Assembly (NCBI GenBank): GCA_973895155.1
Contig: OZ316895.1
Span: 17,811,437 to 17,875,436, forward strand
DNA: 64,000 nucleotides
DNA from: Marsupella aquatica
Taxonomy: Eukaryota > Plantae > Marchantiophyta
Direction: 5' to 3'
Positions 38,201-50,931 of this stretch are shown here, in pieces (positions within the stretch are counted from its first letter, which is position 1; every line of letters starts with the position of its first letter). The translations under genes were made by a program, and so were the position numbers. The notes below the pieces were generated by a model. The model did no database searches and had not been told where the DNA came from. It saw nothing but the letters and a program-made list of their open reading frames with translations.

Positions 38201-41200
38201 ATAACAGTTGTTATGGTGAGTATAGTGGGTTCCGTGATAGAGGAATGACATCCAAACCAAGGGGGACAAGAAGGACACACAATGCCTATGCACAACCATT
38301 ATTGACAACGGAAGAGGTAAAGCTTTTCAAGAGTCCATACCTATATCATTGTGGTTTTTTTCAAGGGTTAGACTTGAACTAAACTTGTCACTCTGTGTTT
38401 TGATTTGGTGTTTGTGCTGCCACTGCAGATGGAAGAACGTGAGTTTCAAATTGCTATTCAACATATGGTAGGATCAACAAATTAACCAGTCTGGAGCAAT
38501 TGTTCTCACAAATGCTCCACAGGTAATGTCTTGTATACCTCAACCAGAATGTCTTCTTTGTGTTTTACCACCAATGTTTTGTATACAACGTCATGAGTGT
38601 CTTCTATGTTTCATATAAATGTCCCCATTGTGGTGTGTATTTTTGTAAACAATGACACCACTGTCTTTTGTGTTTCCATATACAATAACATGAATATCTT
38701 CTGTGTGGATTGCAATAGGAGGTTCGTGCACCCCTTGGACCTCTAGATCCAAACTATCTCTGGAGGAACACAACGATGGCAAAGAAACCACGGACAATAA
38801 TGCAACATAGCAGTGTGTGGCTACTTGGGTTGCATGCCCCTGGCACGGTAAAAGTCAGGAAGACATCTACCACAGGAGTATGCCGGGAGTTTTCTAGGTT
38901 TAGGCCCCCGCGAGAGTATGATGAAGATGGTTTTGATTGTTCAATGTACTGCCCATTCAGGGTCCGATGTCACAGGCAAGCTCACAACGGGGCTCATACG
39001 GGGGCTCATATCATTATTGTGTGTGAGCTGAAACACAATTGCCCAACATCTAAACACAAGTGGAGGGGCCCAACACAAAAGGCAGTGTGGTTAGGAGACA
39101 CACTGGCGCCTAGAGTGTGTAGAACTCTGAAGGTGCCAGTCAAAGAACTACTTTGCGGATTCAAGGGGATTATAAAAAGAGCAGCACTTACCACCAAATG
39201 TGGCAAGCAAAAGACTATGTACGGGATCTGCACCTTGGTGGGCAGGAAGACACATTTCAAATAATTCCAGCGTTGATTGCCAGGGTGAGAGAGACTGACC
39301 TTGGTGCAGTGGCAGTCTGGTCCCCAATGGAAGACTCCAACATTTTTTGTGGAGCATTCATTTGCCCATCAGCTACACGAAAAGCATGTACCTACATTCA
39401 ACCTCTCATCTCTCTTGATGCATGTCATACAAGAACACAAAGTACCCCACTCAACTGTTCTTAGTTGCATGTTTGGATGGAAATGGCCAAGGATTGATTC
39501 TACGTTACGCAATAGCTCCAATTGAGAACATAGATAATTGGATCTGGTTTCTGGAATTGGTAGATAGATCACTCTATGGCATTGAATCGCTTCACATCAT
39601 GCCACTCATATCAGACCAACAGAAGGTCTACTTGCCGATGTGAGTTACGTGTGGCCAGGACTGGTAAGATACATGCAACATGTGCAAACCACCTGAGAGC
39701 TAATGTCAAGAACAGGCATGGTAAAGCAACAACATATATTTTTATAGGATGCATATATGCCAATGATGAAAGACAATAAGTCCAAAAACCTTCATTGCTT
39801 TGATTCTACATATATACATTTGTCTTCTTATGTATACACCACATACTCGGTGTTCAATACACTAATATTACCTCTCCTTGAATACATAATGTGAAGTATC
39901 ACTCACGCAAATGTTTTCTTTGTGTATGACATGATTGTATACATTCAAGTATACATTAACATCAATGTTTACCCTATGCACTTGTATCAGATATGAAGCA
40001 TGTTTGAAGCAGCTGGTAGAGTCCATCAAGGCATATGAGAATGCAAATGTTGTAGACTACATAATAATTTTTGATGCAAAACTTTATGCCAGACATGCCT
40101 TTCCACTTCCCCGCATGGCAAAGGTTACAAGCAACCCTGTTGAGCAAGAAAATTCAAGCTTACTCCCCTTGCGCAAATTTTCTCCTTGCAAGTTGATGGA
40201 GTGCATGTGGGTATATGTTCAGCAAAAGTTTAAAGAAACGAAAGCAGTTGCGTTGGCTAGACGTGAAGTACTCACTATTCCAGCCCTGGTCAGGTACAAC
40301 AAGAATCTCAAGACGTTTGGTCAATGGCAACTAGGCAGGTTTGGTCAATGGCAACTAGGTAATCTTCATGCCTAGTCTTGTGTATGCATTACTAGCTAGC
40401 AACATGTTCTGTATACTGTAACATGAATGTCTTCTTAATAGCTCCGTGTTGAATTAAAATACAGTAGCATGAATGTATTCTTTATTTGAATAGTTTTGTA
40501 ATAGCCAAGTTTTCATATGTTCAGGTGTTTGATGATGGTGCGTCCACAGCCAAGGTTCAAACTACATCCCAAAATGGGGTATAACAGCGGTGACAGGAAA
40601 CAGGTAACAGAATTCCTGTTATCAGGTAACTCTTAACTGGTAACAGGAAAGTCTTATGGTAAAAGTATACTTTTTGGCTAAGTTTGCCAAAAATTAACGT
40701 CATTTTCCACCACATCATCAAGTTGAACGTCTTGTTAGTGCCAAATGTTCTACATGAATAATGTCGTCATTGAATATCCTGCTATTTAGATATTGTATCA
40801 TTTCAGAACAGTCCAGTTCAGAAAGCACAGTTCGGCCTACGAGAAGGAAAAATAAAATCCAGGCAGGGATGGAGTAATGTATGGTGGGACCCACCCTAAA
40901 TCCAGTTATACACTTAAACAACCGATCGGCGAAGAAGGGTTCTGGAATTTGCAATATTCCAGACCGGACAGAGTGTGAAAACTAGCGCCCTGTGCTAACA
41001 AAGCTTTAACAGGGAAAAACGTTTAAGTTAAGGGACAACGACATGACAATAACCAGATAAAATTCAAAATTTTAAAATATTAATTTTCTGGAACCAGCGC
41101 CAGGCGCTAACCAAAAGCAAGAAAAAACAAGTGTAATATCCGTTGACTACAGACAAAAACCTTAGTATCCGTTACGAAAAACGACAGTCTCTAGAATGTC

Positions 41201-41208
41201 GTGTTAAT

Positions 41209-44200
41209 CTACAAGCCATTCGCGTTCTGCCTATCCAGCACGAGTCTGACTTCCGCAACTGTGAAAATGGGCTGGCTACACAGGGTAGACTCCTCTACAT
41301 GAAACTTGAAGACATTTATAAACACCCAATACAAATGTTTACAAGGCATATATGGCTTGCCGCGAGAATGACGACGGAAGAAATCCTCACAGGAATAGGT
41401 TGGGAAGACGCAAATTTGGACAAAGTAAGTGTTTGGGGATCGAAGGTTCTCGTGGGTCCGGATTTTGAATTGCTTCCCAAATGCAATTCCAATACCCACA
41501 TCCCACTCGCCATCCAAATTCATAGCTTCTTTCCGAGCCGACTCCATTCGTGTACTATGAGCCAGTGTTAGATTTGATCGAGGTCTGGAGTTTCTCCCAT
41601 TCCTGGTCCGAAGGCGTACGTTGGGGTCGGCGAAATTGATTCTTTCAGGAAATGCGTTTACATTAATTCTCAAGTCAAATGGAACAGGTGTAGCGCGAGA
41701 CGTCGCAGCTATTTGGACCATCAAGACTCCCTGTGCTTCAAGGAACTCTACCTCGGCAGGTGACAGGTTGGTCCCTTTCACAACTGGCAAGATATCCGGC
41801 ACAGGAGGAAGGCGTTCAACACCACGACGCGGGCGGCTCTTGTAGCATGTTTTGTTTGGGCAGAACCATATCATTTCCGCAATGGGTGTGCCTCTGAAAA
41901 TGTGATGTCCGCTGACAACAATGCCGACAATACCTGCTGCCGAATGGAACCCAACTTTTTTCACACGATTTCGACACTCATCCCTCTCAGAATTTCCATG
42001 CAAAGTCCCATTGCACTGAGGCCCTGCCCCATATTTGGCCGTCCGCCACAAATGCCAGGTCCCTCTAGGAACGTCCATTTCCAAAGGAGTTGACTCTGTC
42101 GACAAACGTTGAAGAACAGCCGGAGCACTAAGTGGGGGTTGCGATGATGTTGCTGTTCCTCTGGCTTCAGGGGTGTTTGCGAGGGAATCACTTCCATTCG
42201 TTGAAGTGTCGCTACCGCCGAGGTCCACTATGGGATCTGTTACATTTGCGGGAAAGGAAGTGAAGGCAGTGTTGTTGAGATTCTTCCGTTTGAACCCTCG
42301 AGTATTTGGTGTAGTGATGAGAATGGTGTCATGCCAATGGGAGTCTTGTGGCGAGACAATCCCAGTTGCGAGTCCCTTCCTCTTAACCGACTTTGTGACA
42401 ATATCTCCATTCAGAGGAGAGCTCCTCTCCAGATCCAAATCAGCAATGTTGGAAAGAATCATGTTGGTTGCTTCTTCAAATAACTTGGGTGAACCAGATT
42501 GGTCTGCGGATCGGAATGCTAATTCCCAGATAGTTGGCCCCTTCCCTCTATTGAGTCCCTTCCGATATGCGCTATAACCCGCAACTTGTGACAGAGCTCG
42601 ATTTTGATCAACTTTGCATGCTTCAAAGAGACCCACCATTTTTTTGGTAGCCCATGCTTTCATGGAGGCGTGCCTTGACTTTGACCCGGTACAATTTGGA
42701 ATGAGCGCACCTTCTTCTGCACTTTTGCTCTGCAATAAAACCCGCCCAGACAAAATTTACTTCTTTTGTATAAGCAGCGCCAAGCGCTAGCAATGAGTAG
42801 GAGATAATAAAAGAAGGTTTATCGGTACAAGTTTCGTTTTCTGTAATGTTTGAAGGTTTTTTGAGTGAAAATTAAAGCCTAGCGCTAGTATAAACACACT
42901 GAGGTTTGACTAATAAACGCATCAGGAAAACTTACCACATGAATGAAATTCCCCCACTGACGCCATCAAACAACCCACCAAGATATCCAACTCTACAACA
43001 TCATCAGCTTTCTTGGGACACAGTTTCCCGCTTGCCACCACAACACGATCTCCCTCAAAACTCAATACGTCGCAACGAACGTTGGAGCATTCCTCAGTTT
43101 CTCCCATAGTTGCCGATGTTCTGGTTGCTTACCCTCCAAAACTCCTTTTGTAGAGTGTCGATGGAAAGACTGGTAAAAGTGAAATGCATCAGAGCGTTCA
43201 CGTTCAGGGTCTGGGTGCCCTCCAAAAAAGACATTGCGAATGGCGATCCATCCAGCCTGAGCATTGTCAGCCATAAAACCTTGAATGACAACATCTTGTA
43301 ACCCATTTTCCTTACAAACCTCAATCATAATTCTCCACGCTTTCTCAAAGGACTCCGTGTCTTCAGCTTTTAGTTCGCATGTGAAGATTGTACAAAGAGC
43401 TCGGAAGTTGTGATCGTAAACGTGTGCACTGAAAGTAAACCAGTCGGTTGTCACTCGCTTCATGACATCAAAACTCACCCAAGCTCCTTCCAATCTTCCG
43501 CCGGGTTGCATCTACCGGAGAAGATCTACACCAGATCCATGACCCTTGACTGTCATTTTGAATATATGGGGCCTATCTGCTACACAACCCTGACCCGGCA
43601 GGAGGTACCTTTGGAGGAAAGAAATGTTATTTGATTTTTGCATCCGAGCTAGGAAATCTAACTCACCACGACCAGCCTGGTCCATTCAAACGCTTCGACA
43701 AAGTGATGCAAATTTCTGGGGGGTAGACAGTACCATGAGAGACTTCCAAATCTTCGTTTCTTCAATATCTACTGTCATCCACATTTTTGCAAAGAGCTTT
43801 CACGAGCGAACCGGTTGCGGAATTCAAAATACCAGCCGGCTTTGCTAGAGGATTGGCTTCATGATTTTTTCTTATCAAATCCTCAGCTATCTTCTGAGTG
43901 CTCCTTGAGAAAACTTTCCTACTCTGATGGTTATGCTCACCTATATGAACTGCGAGCCGAGACATGTGACTACAGGTCTCTGTATCAAGAAGGACTTGAG
44001 GGTACATATAAAACAAGCGACCAGGGCAAGACTTCACACAGAAAGGAATCTGCGCACAATAGTGACAGACTACACCACCCTCTTCAATCAACGAACCCAC
44101 CACGTGCTGGCCACTGAGTTTAGGAGCACCATGCCAGGCCTTTGCATTGCATCTCTTCTTTCGCTGAAAGTACTCACAGGACTTGTTCCCGCACTCGATG

Positions 44201-44919
44201 AACCCGGTACACGTAACCTTACCAAATTCCCAATGTTTCTTTGGATGCACGTTCGCAGTTGTCAGAAAAATTTGGGTTCAAATGTAACAATCTTTGGCAC
44301 GGTCCATGTCACGAAGTCTAGATCCCTTGGAGAGCGTTCCCTCAATGGGAGGCAGTTCAAATACAACATTTCCATTGTACTTGTCTGGCAAACAAGGAAC
44401 TTGCTCATGCCGGAAGTCCCCTGCCGAGATAAATCTTGACAGTTCACTATGTCTCGTGGCCTTGAGTAAGGCGTCCATCGCACTCCTCCGGTAGACTTTA
44501 TGACCAACTCCGGAGGTAGCCACCGGCTCATCCTTAACAAAAGCGGAAACCGGAACTTTGTATTGCGATGGAGGAGTGGGTGAAACATCACCATCTTCAC
44601 TGTCAGATATGTCAACAACAACAACAGGAATGTTCCCAACTACTGGTTCCGGAGCGACACGTCTGACATTAAGCGTGTAACTAAGCCCGGCATTCATATG
44701 CCAAAAGCGTACTCCCTCATCTACATCGAATGCCGCAGCCCGTTGAAGTTCTCCACTCATCGATTCCTGTGGAACAATGGACTCAATATCATTCATCCTC
44801 AAATCAAATCTCCCGCAAAGGTAGGTTTCACTAACTTGCTTGTAAGCATCAGAGACTTGCACGGGGATGTTGACGACGTCTCCAGTACAAGCACGTGTAA
44901 TTACAATTGAGCGAGACAT
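41209..44919 (-). pseudogene. GCM-like zinc domain + MULE-type DDE + SWIM transposase (pseudogenised; intron 42935-42730)
   Basis: CTGFIECGNKSC...CHYC...SCPGR...HIGEHNH (GCM-like); WVSFD (D1), GFMADNAQAGW (D2), DAFH (C/DxxH), PNCTGSKSRH (expected catalytic E appears as K, G>A); C-terminal YSCEDF...PCKHLYWVF (SWIM); several TGA/TAG stops at likely CGA/CAG codons. Confidence 0.8.
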
Positions 44920-46032
44920 TCTGGAGAAAATGAAGGAATCAACAAAGCAAATTCCTCCCAAATGGAATGCTTATACTAATGCGTGAAGACGACTGACCGT
45001 TATAAAAGTCGATTGAATACGACATAGAATTGTGTCCGTTGAAATCATAAATGAAGAGTTTGTCCTTTTTGCCCCGGTAAGTGCGGGTGTCAGGGATATT
45101 TATTGTGTCAAAATGAACACATATAGACCAAGATAATTCACATGATTTCAGCAGCGCCTGGCGCTACCAAAAATTCCATCATTTATAAGGTTAGAATTTG
45201 GTCACACACCAGACTAGCGCCGAGTGCTAGCATTATAGTGGACACCAATAAGTCTACTATTTTGTATCTAAAAATGCAATATCGTCCAAATTTAAGCACA
45301 ATTCAGGGACATATGTACTAGCGCCGGGCGCTAGTATTGGTACACCATATTTAAGGACCAAATGTGAACAAAATTAAACTTCCTACGTCCTAAAGTTCTT
45401 CATTTCCAAAAAAAATCACCTACACTATGACAAAAACATAACCTTGAATGGACCACGGAATGGGTAGCGTCGGGCGCTATCTATTGAAGACATTAAATTG
45501 TATGACCAATGTGGTTAAAAAATTTTACTAGCGCTAGCATTGCATTACCAAGTTTTAGTAGTCTGGTCAACGGTAATATTTAACGGTAACTATGGTTAGC
45601 GTGATCTTCACGAAAATAGTTTAGCGGATTCTACATTAATATCTGTCACAGTTCTTAGATTGTCGCTTTGTTTTAACGATAAGTAATACCCAATTTCATC
45701 ATAACATCTCTTAAATAGATTACATCGAGGGAGATAGCATTGATCAATCGCGTATAATACTCCATCAACTATTAATTTGGTACGAAGATTTAGTACTCGA
45801 TCGTGAGAATTGTAGTGTACGACCGTTCGTACAACACTCATCACGGGAGACGATGGATGCAGTCCCCTCCTCGTCGAGGGGGTATAGTGTTGTGGGGGAT
45901 CGTGATCATGGCTATTGCGAGTCTTCTGAGTCTTCATTTTCAGGTTCAGTGTATACACGTTGAGTGACGAGGTCAAGTGCATCGCTTGTTCCCATCTCAA
46001 GTAATTCGTTTCCGAAGCCGACGTGAAAAAAG

Positions 46033-49000
46033 ATGGAGAATGTTGACACATTTGCAATCGGAGATGTCTCGTTCTTGGAGACCGACCTTATTTTGAAACA
46101 TGTCATGTTCTTTGGGAAGGATTTCCGAGGGTTTAACAAGGAGCCTCCTAGGATTCCGCTGTGTTGGTTGGTGCACATGGAGGTCGTCTGCACTTTGCAG
46201 AAAGATAGCTCCTCCATTGACAAGTTGAAAGACTCTTTTTGTAGTATGGGATACAATTCGTCGATAGGAATGAGGTTTTATGTTCAGCCAGCGGACGCTG
46301 AGGGAGTGACGCTCACTTGCACATAGGAAATTTGTAATAATTGGGATCCAATATGGACATCCGAAAACAAAAAGTTTGAGGAAGAATGTGCGGCAGACCC
46401 CAATTTTATTGTTCTGAAGGATAAGATGTTCTCAGTTTTTGACGAGAACCATCGGTTGTACTCCTGGACACTTGTCACTAAGGAGAATCCAGAAAACCCG
46501 AAATACCACCCACGAGTGCTTTGTACTGTCTTCAATGGGGACAAGGGTTCACTAATTGAAATTGAAGCAGCGATGCACACCGTGAACCAATAAGTTTGTC
46601 TTTATAGCATATCTTGGAGAGGAATTGTTTTACGAGCGCCCGACGCTGCTTAAATGGTTTTCTAATTCCTTTGTTTTCCTTCAGGCTTGGACAAGCCGTG
46701 GTCGAACCGTCATGGATCCTTGACGCAGATCGAATCAAGAGGATTTTGATTCACGACCTGGAGTACTATAGTAAGCTCATCGACCCTACGAATTATAAGA
46801 AGTTTGAGCAGATCAGGCTGAAGACGCGGAAAGGATCCTGGTACACGAAGAAGATGCCTCAAGAGGCTTTTGTCTATATTCTTTGTGAGAATAAGATTAA
46901 ATCATATTCCAACCAGTTCAAGCTTGACATGGAGTCTGCTGCGGCTCTAGGTACCAATTGGTCGGCCGAGGAGGTTTCCACAAGGCATGCCATAATGATG
47001 AAGGAGGCCACCAAGGACTGGGCAGTGAAAACATCAAAAATCACTCCTTTGTTGAGTCCTGAATTTGAGGACTTTCTCTCTATGTGTGCAGAAATGTATG
47101 TTGTGACGGAGAGAAATAAGCGAGAGAAGAAACCTGATACCGTCTTGTGTACGATGGACCGAGCCAGGATTTTTACTGCTGTTTCCGCACTCGACCCCAA
47201 GCTCAGGAGTAATTTGCTTGTCGCCCATTGCAATCCTGAGCTCCGAAGGCAATTCTTCCATCCGAACAGCGTCAATGATGATCCAGTAAAGCAGTGGTGT
47301 CATACCTGGATTACGTGGAACAATGTAGAGGGGATTGCAGTGGGAATGTTACAGTGTGCTTTGAGAGAGGTCCAACCTATCATTCCCGAGAATCGCTTGG
47401 AAGCCTGGGCATGTGAATCTTTTGAAGCTCTCATTGATATAGTTACTAATGATTTCAAGAGATACAGAGACTCGGTGAAGAGTAAGTTTTTTAATACAAT
47501 GTGGCCTTCGAAGTATCCGGACAAAGAGGACTACTCTTTGAAGAACCAGAAGTGAGCAAAAAGGTACCTCTACCGATTTTACATCCACATGGAAGTAACT
47601 AGACCTGATTACTTCTGGGCATATCCTGCCGCTTTTCAGAAGTGGACAATAATATCAGAAGGTGACAATTTATCTGATTTGTACTCTATGTACCCCGCGG
47701 AGGGAATTTTCCCAGCGAGACCTTTAAGTGAATGGGAGAGAACCCACTGTCCATGGTACCTAGATATAGACAGATGGGACTCGCCCTTTGATCACCGAGA
47801 AAAGGATGCTTTCCACAAGCTCTCTAAGTCCCAGATACCAGTCAATATTGTTTCTGACATGAAGCAGGGACTAGCGGACGATGTAGATAAGTCCACAACA
47901 GAATTGCAAATGAACTGTGAGACCACAGTTGTTCACGTTGACCGAAGCCGGAAGCCTCGCGCGAAAGGGAAACCTGATACTGCTGTCCCAAGTGAATCAA
48001 CAAAGTCCAGGAAAAAACGTAAGTATAAATTGTAGTTCTTTGGTTAGCGCCTGGCGCTGCTATGCCATTCAATATATGTTACATTGCATTTGTCTCATTT
48101 GTTTCATAAATATATATATTTTCTTCCATCTCTTCGAGAAATTTGGCCAGCACCGGGCGTTAGTATACTTTGCATTTTCCATACGCTCAAAATCTAACTT
48201 CGACTTCCATTTGAGCAGGGAGAAAGTCAGACGCCATAGGCAGCGGCGATACAAAGATAGATGCCACCCCAGAGGCATCTGAAGCCAATACAGGGCCTCC
48301 ATTTGACCCACTTACACCCGTCGAGAAAGGGAAGTCAATTGCTCTAGTAGATGCGGTCAGTACTAGAAAGAAGCGAAAAAGGGCAATTGAAGGTGGATCA
48401 TCCTCCGCTCGGGAAAGTGCGGCTGCAACAGGTGTTCAACGAGAAGTTGGTGACTTCAAAAACACTCTTTCAAGGCATTGCATGGTTGAGTCTAGCATCT
48501 CTGAATTCTATGACACAACGTTCAACAAAGAGGAGAAGCCTGACTGGGTAAATGGTGTAGAGAAATGGGCAAAGGACCTCATGAAGTCGGGATATCGAGA
48601 CAAGGGAATTGTCCGTGGGGGGAAGGAAAGATCATTTGGAGTACACGCAGGATTCATTTACCTTCCTACGGGTCTGAAACCATCGCTGCTAGATAGAAAA
48701 GTCCCAAAATGGAATACCCCCGACCACACACTGGCAACATCATTCTTTCGTGGAATGGACCCATTTTTATCAGATGACAGAATGCTAGCAGTTTTGCATA
48801 ATGGGGAGTATGATCCTATGTCTCAGGTTATATCCGCATGTCAGGAATCGAAGAAGTTTCATTGCATCTCCACACACAATGTTGTTATGTCAGTTCCTAT
48901 GTACGCACCGAAGACTGACCGACAGGTAAATTCCAAGTCGTGATCTCTGTTTTTAACACTCGTAAATGATGAATGCATGGAATGACATATCATTCTTGGT

Positions 49001-49984
49001 TTATCTCGCAGATATTCACGCTCAGGCTAGACGTCTTTTGCGAGTATCTCAGAAAGGGAAAGTACCCAAGGACTCAAGGTTTAGACCTCTGTCTGTTACA
49101 GAAGATCCCTCCATCACTAATTTAATTGGGCTTCCCACTCTCAATATAGATCCAACACCTGAATGGAATTCGCAGGGAATACCCGTCTGTCGGTTGGATT
49201 CATGTAGTCTGTGATAGAGCTCATCACTCGGCCTCGGGACATTTTCATAGATTGGACAGTTGGTTCGGGTAGCTCTTTTGTAGCCGGAGACTATTCTGGG
49301 AGGTTTGTAATTGGACTGGAGAATCGGAAGGATTTCGTTGAAACTGGTTCCAAGGTGTTCTTAAATCTACTCTCTTCTAAGGAATTAGAAACCTTGCCTC
49401 CCCCAATTCAACCACCGGAAAAGAAAAAGAGGGACAAGCTCCTGTCTGTACTTAATTTTGACTCCGATGATGAGTCAAGTGGGGGGACAGTAGATGAAGT
49501 GGACGGGGAGACAACTCAGGGGGGGAAGGAGCAATCTGCTGGCGAGAGTGATAGCGATGACTCTTCCAAGTAATGTTCTGAAACTCATAAGCTTCTTTCT
49601 CTTTTCCAGCTCCTTCATGCATTTTTTGCTATTGATTGTATGTTTCAATTGGTTTTCTTATTTGGTTATCTACCCAGGTCCGAATGGAATACCAGAAAGC
49701 ACTTCCAACTCAGAAGAAAAGTTGCACGTTTTGAAATGGATACACCAGAGAAACCATTTGTTTTGCCGTCTTACGCTGAGAACGCTGCGAGAAAGGAGGA
49801 TAGTCAAAGGACTCTGTGCTGGGAAAACAAAGGTCTCAGCCTTCAAAGAGGAGTTGACAGAAAATTTGTTAGAAACCCATATGTAGACGACGTTTCTAAG
49901 AGCAAGTATGTTGATGACGAAGCAGTCTCTACCGACAGATCATAGAGCTCTGGATCGGAATCTCAATCAGAAACCGATAATTGA
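46033..49984 (+). pseudogene. ParB/Srx-like N-terminal domain + beta-class N4C/N6A DNA-methyltransferase-like C-terminal domain (about 5 exons, pseudogenised)
   Basis: VFDENHRLYSW at ~46435-46467 resembles the ParB (I/V)DG(N/H)HR motif (G>E). GFIYLPTGL...VPKWN...FLSDDRMLAVLH at ~48650-48800 occupies the motif IV region. IELITRPRDIFIDWTVGSGSSFVAGDYSGRFVIGLE at 49214-49321 matches the SAM-binding motif X/I/II of the N6_N4_Mtase family. Introns at ~46590-46684, 48019-48218, 48926-49011 and 49570-49677. Confidence 0.65.
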
Positions 49985-50375
49985 TGTATTTTTCTTTTCC
50001 AGATTTTACTAGCGCCGGGCGCTGTTATGAAAAGACATGTATTTCATTTCATATGCTCATAATAAAATTCTAAAAACCACTTGTTGTCTTTAGTAGCGCC
50101 CGACGCTGATATCGAGGTACATGTATTTCTTATATAAAAGGTTTTAAATTGGTCTCTTCCTTTAGTAGCGTCGGGCGCTCCCCAAATGTGCACGGTTTTC
50201 CTTGAACCTTTACATCATAATATCATTCATGCGTTCTGTCGCCATCCTGTCGCCATACGTATATTGTCGTTACGTAATTAAGTCTGGCCTGTCTCAAAAT
50301 AATCGTGTCGCGATATGATTGTTTACTCAACGGTCCTATGCCCGTTCAAGCTCGCATGTTACGGGTGTCCACCAA

Positions 50376-50931
50376 TCACCGTCCTTTGGTAGTCACTATG
50401 TCAACCTTTTGGAGATGGTCGATAAAGGTGCGGACATTGTCGATAAATGGACGGACATTGTCGATCTGGTTGCGGACTTTAGGGAAAGGTGCGAACGTTG
50501 TCGAGCTGGGTGCGGACGTTAAGGTGCGGACATTGTTGACCTGCATGTGGACGTTGTCGAGCTGGGTGCGACCAATGGAGAGGAGGGAACCAATGTCGTT
50601 GGACGAGATGCTTGCCTTCTTCAGTCCTTCCCGAGTTCGACCGGTGGAGAGCCACTTCAGCTCCTTCAAATCAGTTTGTGTCGACACTGAGACCGAGACA
50701 TCGACTTTTCGGAACCGTAAATCTCTTCCTTACGACAAGGCGATTAGTCCTGGGGAGAGAAATATTCCGTGGACTGGTGACCGACAGACTCCATGCGAAT
50801 TTGACGATCGGTTCTTGTTTCATCAAGTCGTTCCTGCTAATGGTCAGCAGCCCATTGAACGTCGTGTGCAAGAGCAATTGGGGCGCGTTGACTTCCTTGA
50901 TGCAAATTTTGCGGGCCCTGGCCAAGCTCAT
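50376..50931 (-). pseudogene. Possible third gene of the nested Mutator-like element, with a heptad (DNVR) repeat
   Basis: Two overlapping ORFs (50671-50931 and 50376-50687) in a CpG-rich segment; 21-nt repeats encode QLDNVHM/QVNNVRT/QIDNVRP/FIDNVRT. Confidence 0.35.

Noticed and set aside
46033-49984. Bacterial contamination or prophage as the source of the ParB/MTase-like gene
   Set aside because: The gene has GT-AG introns and sits within a TSD-flanked element embedded in plant transposon sequence.
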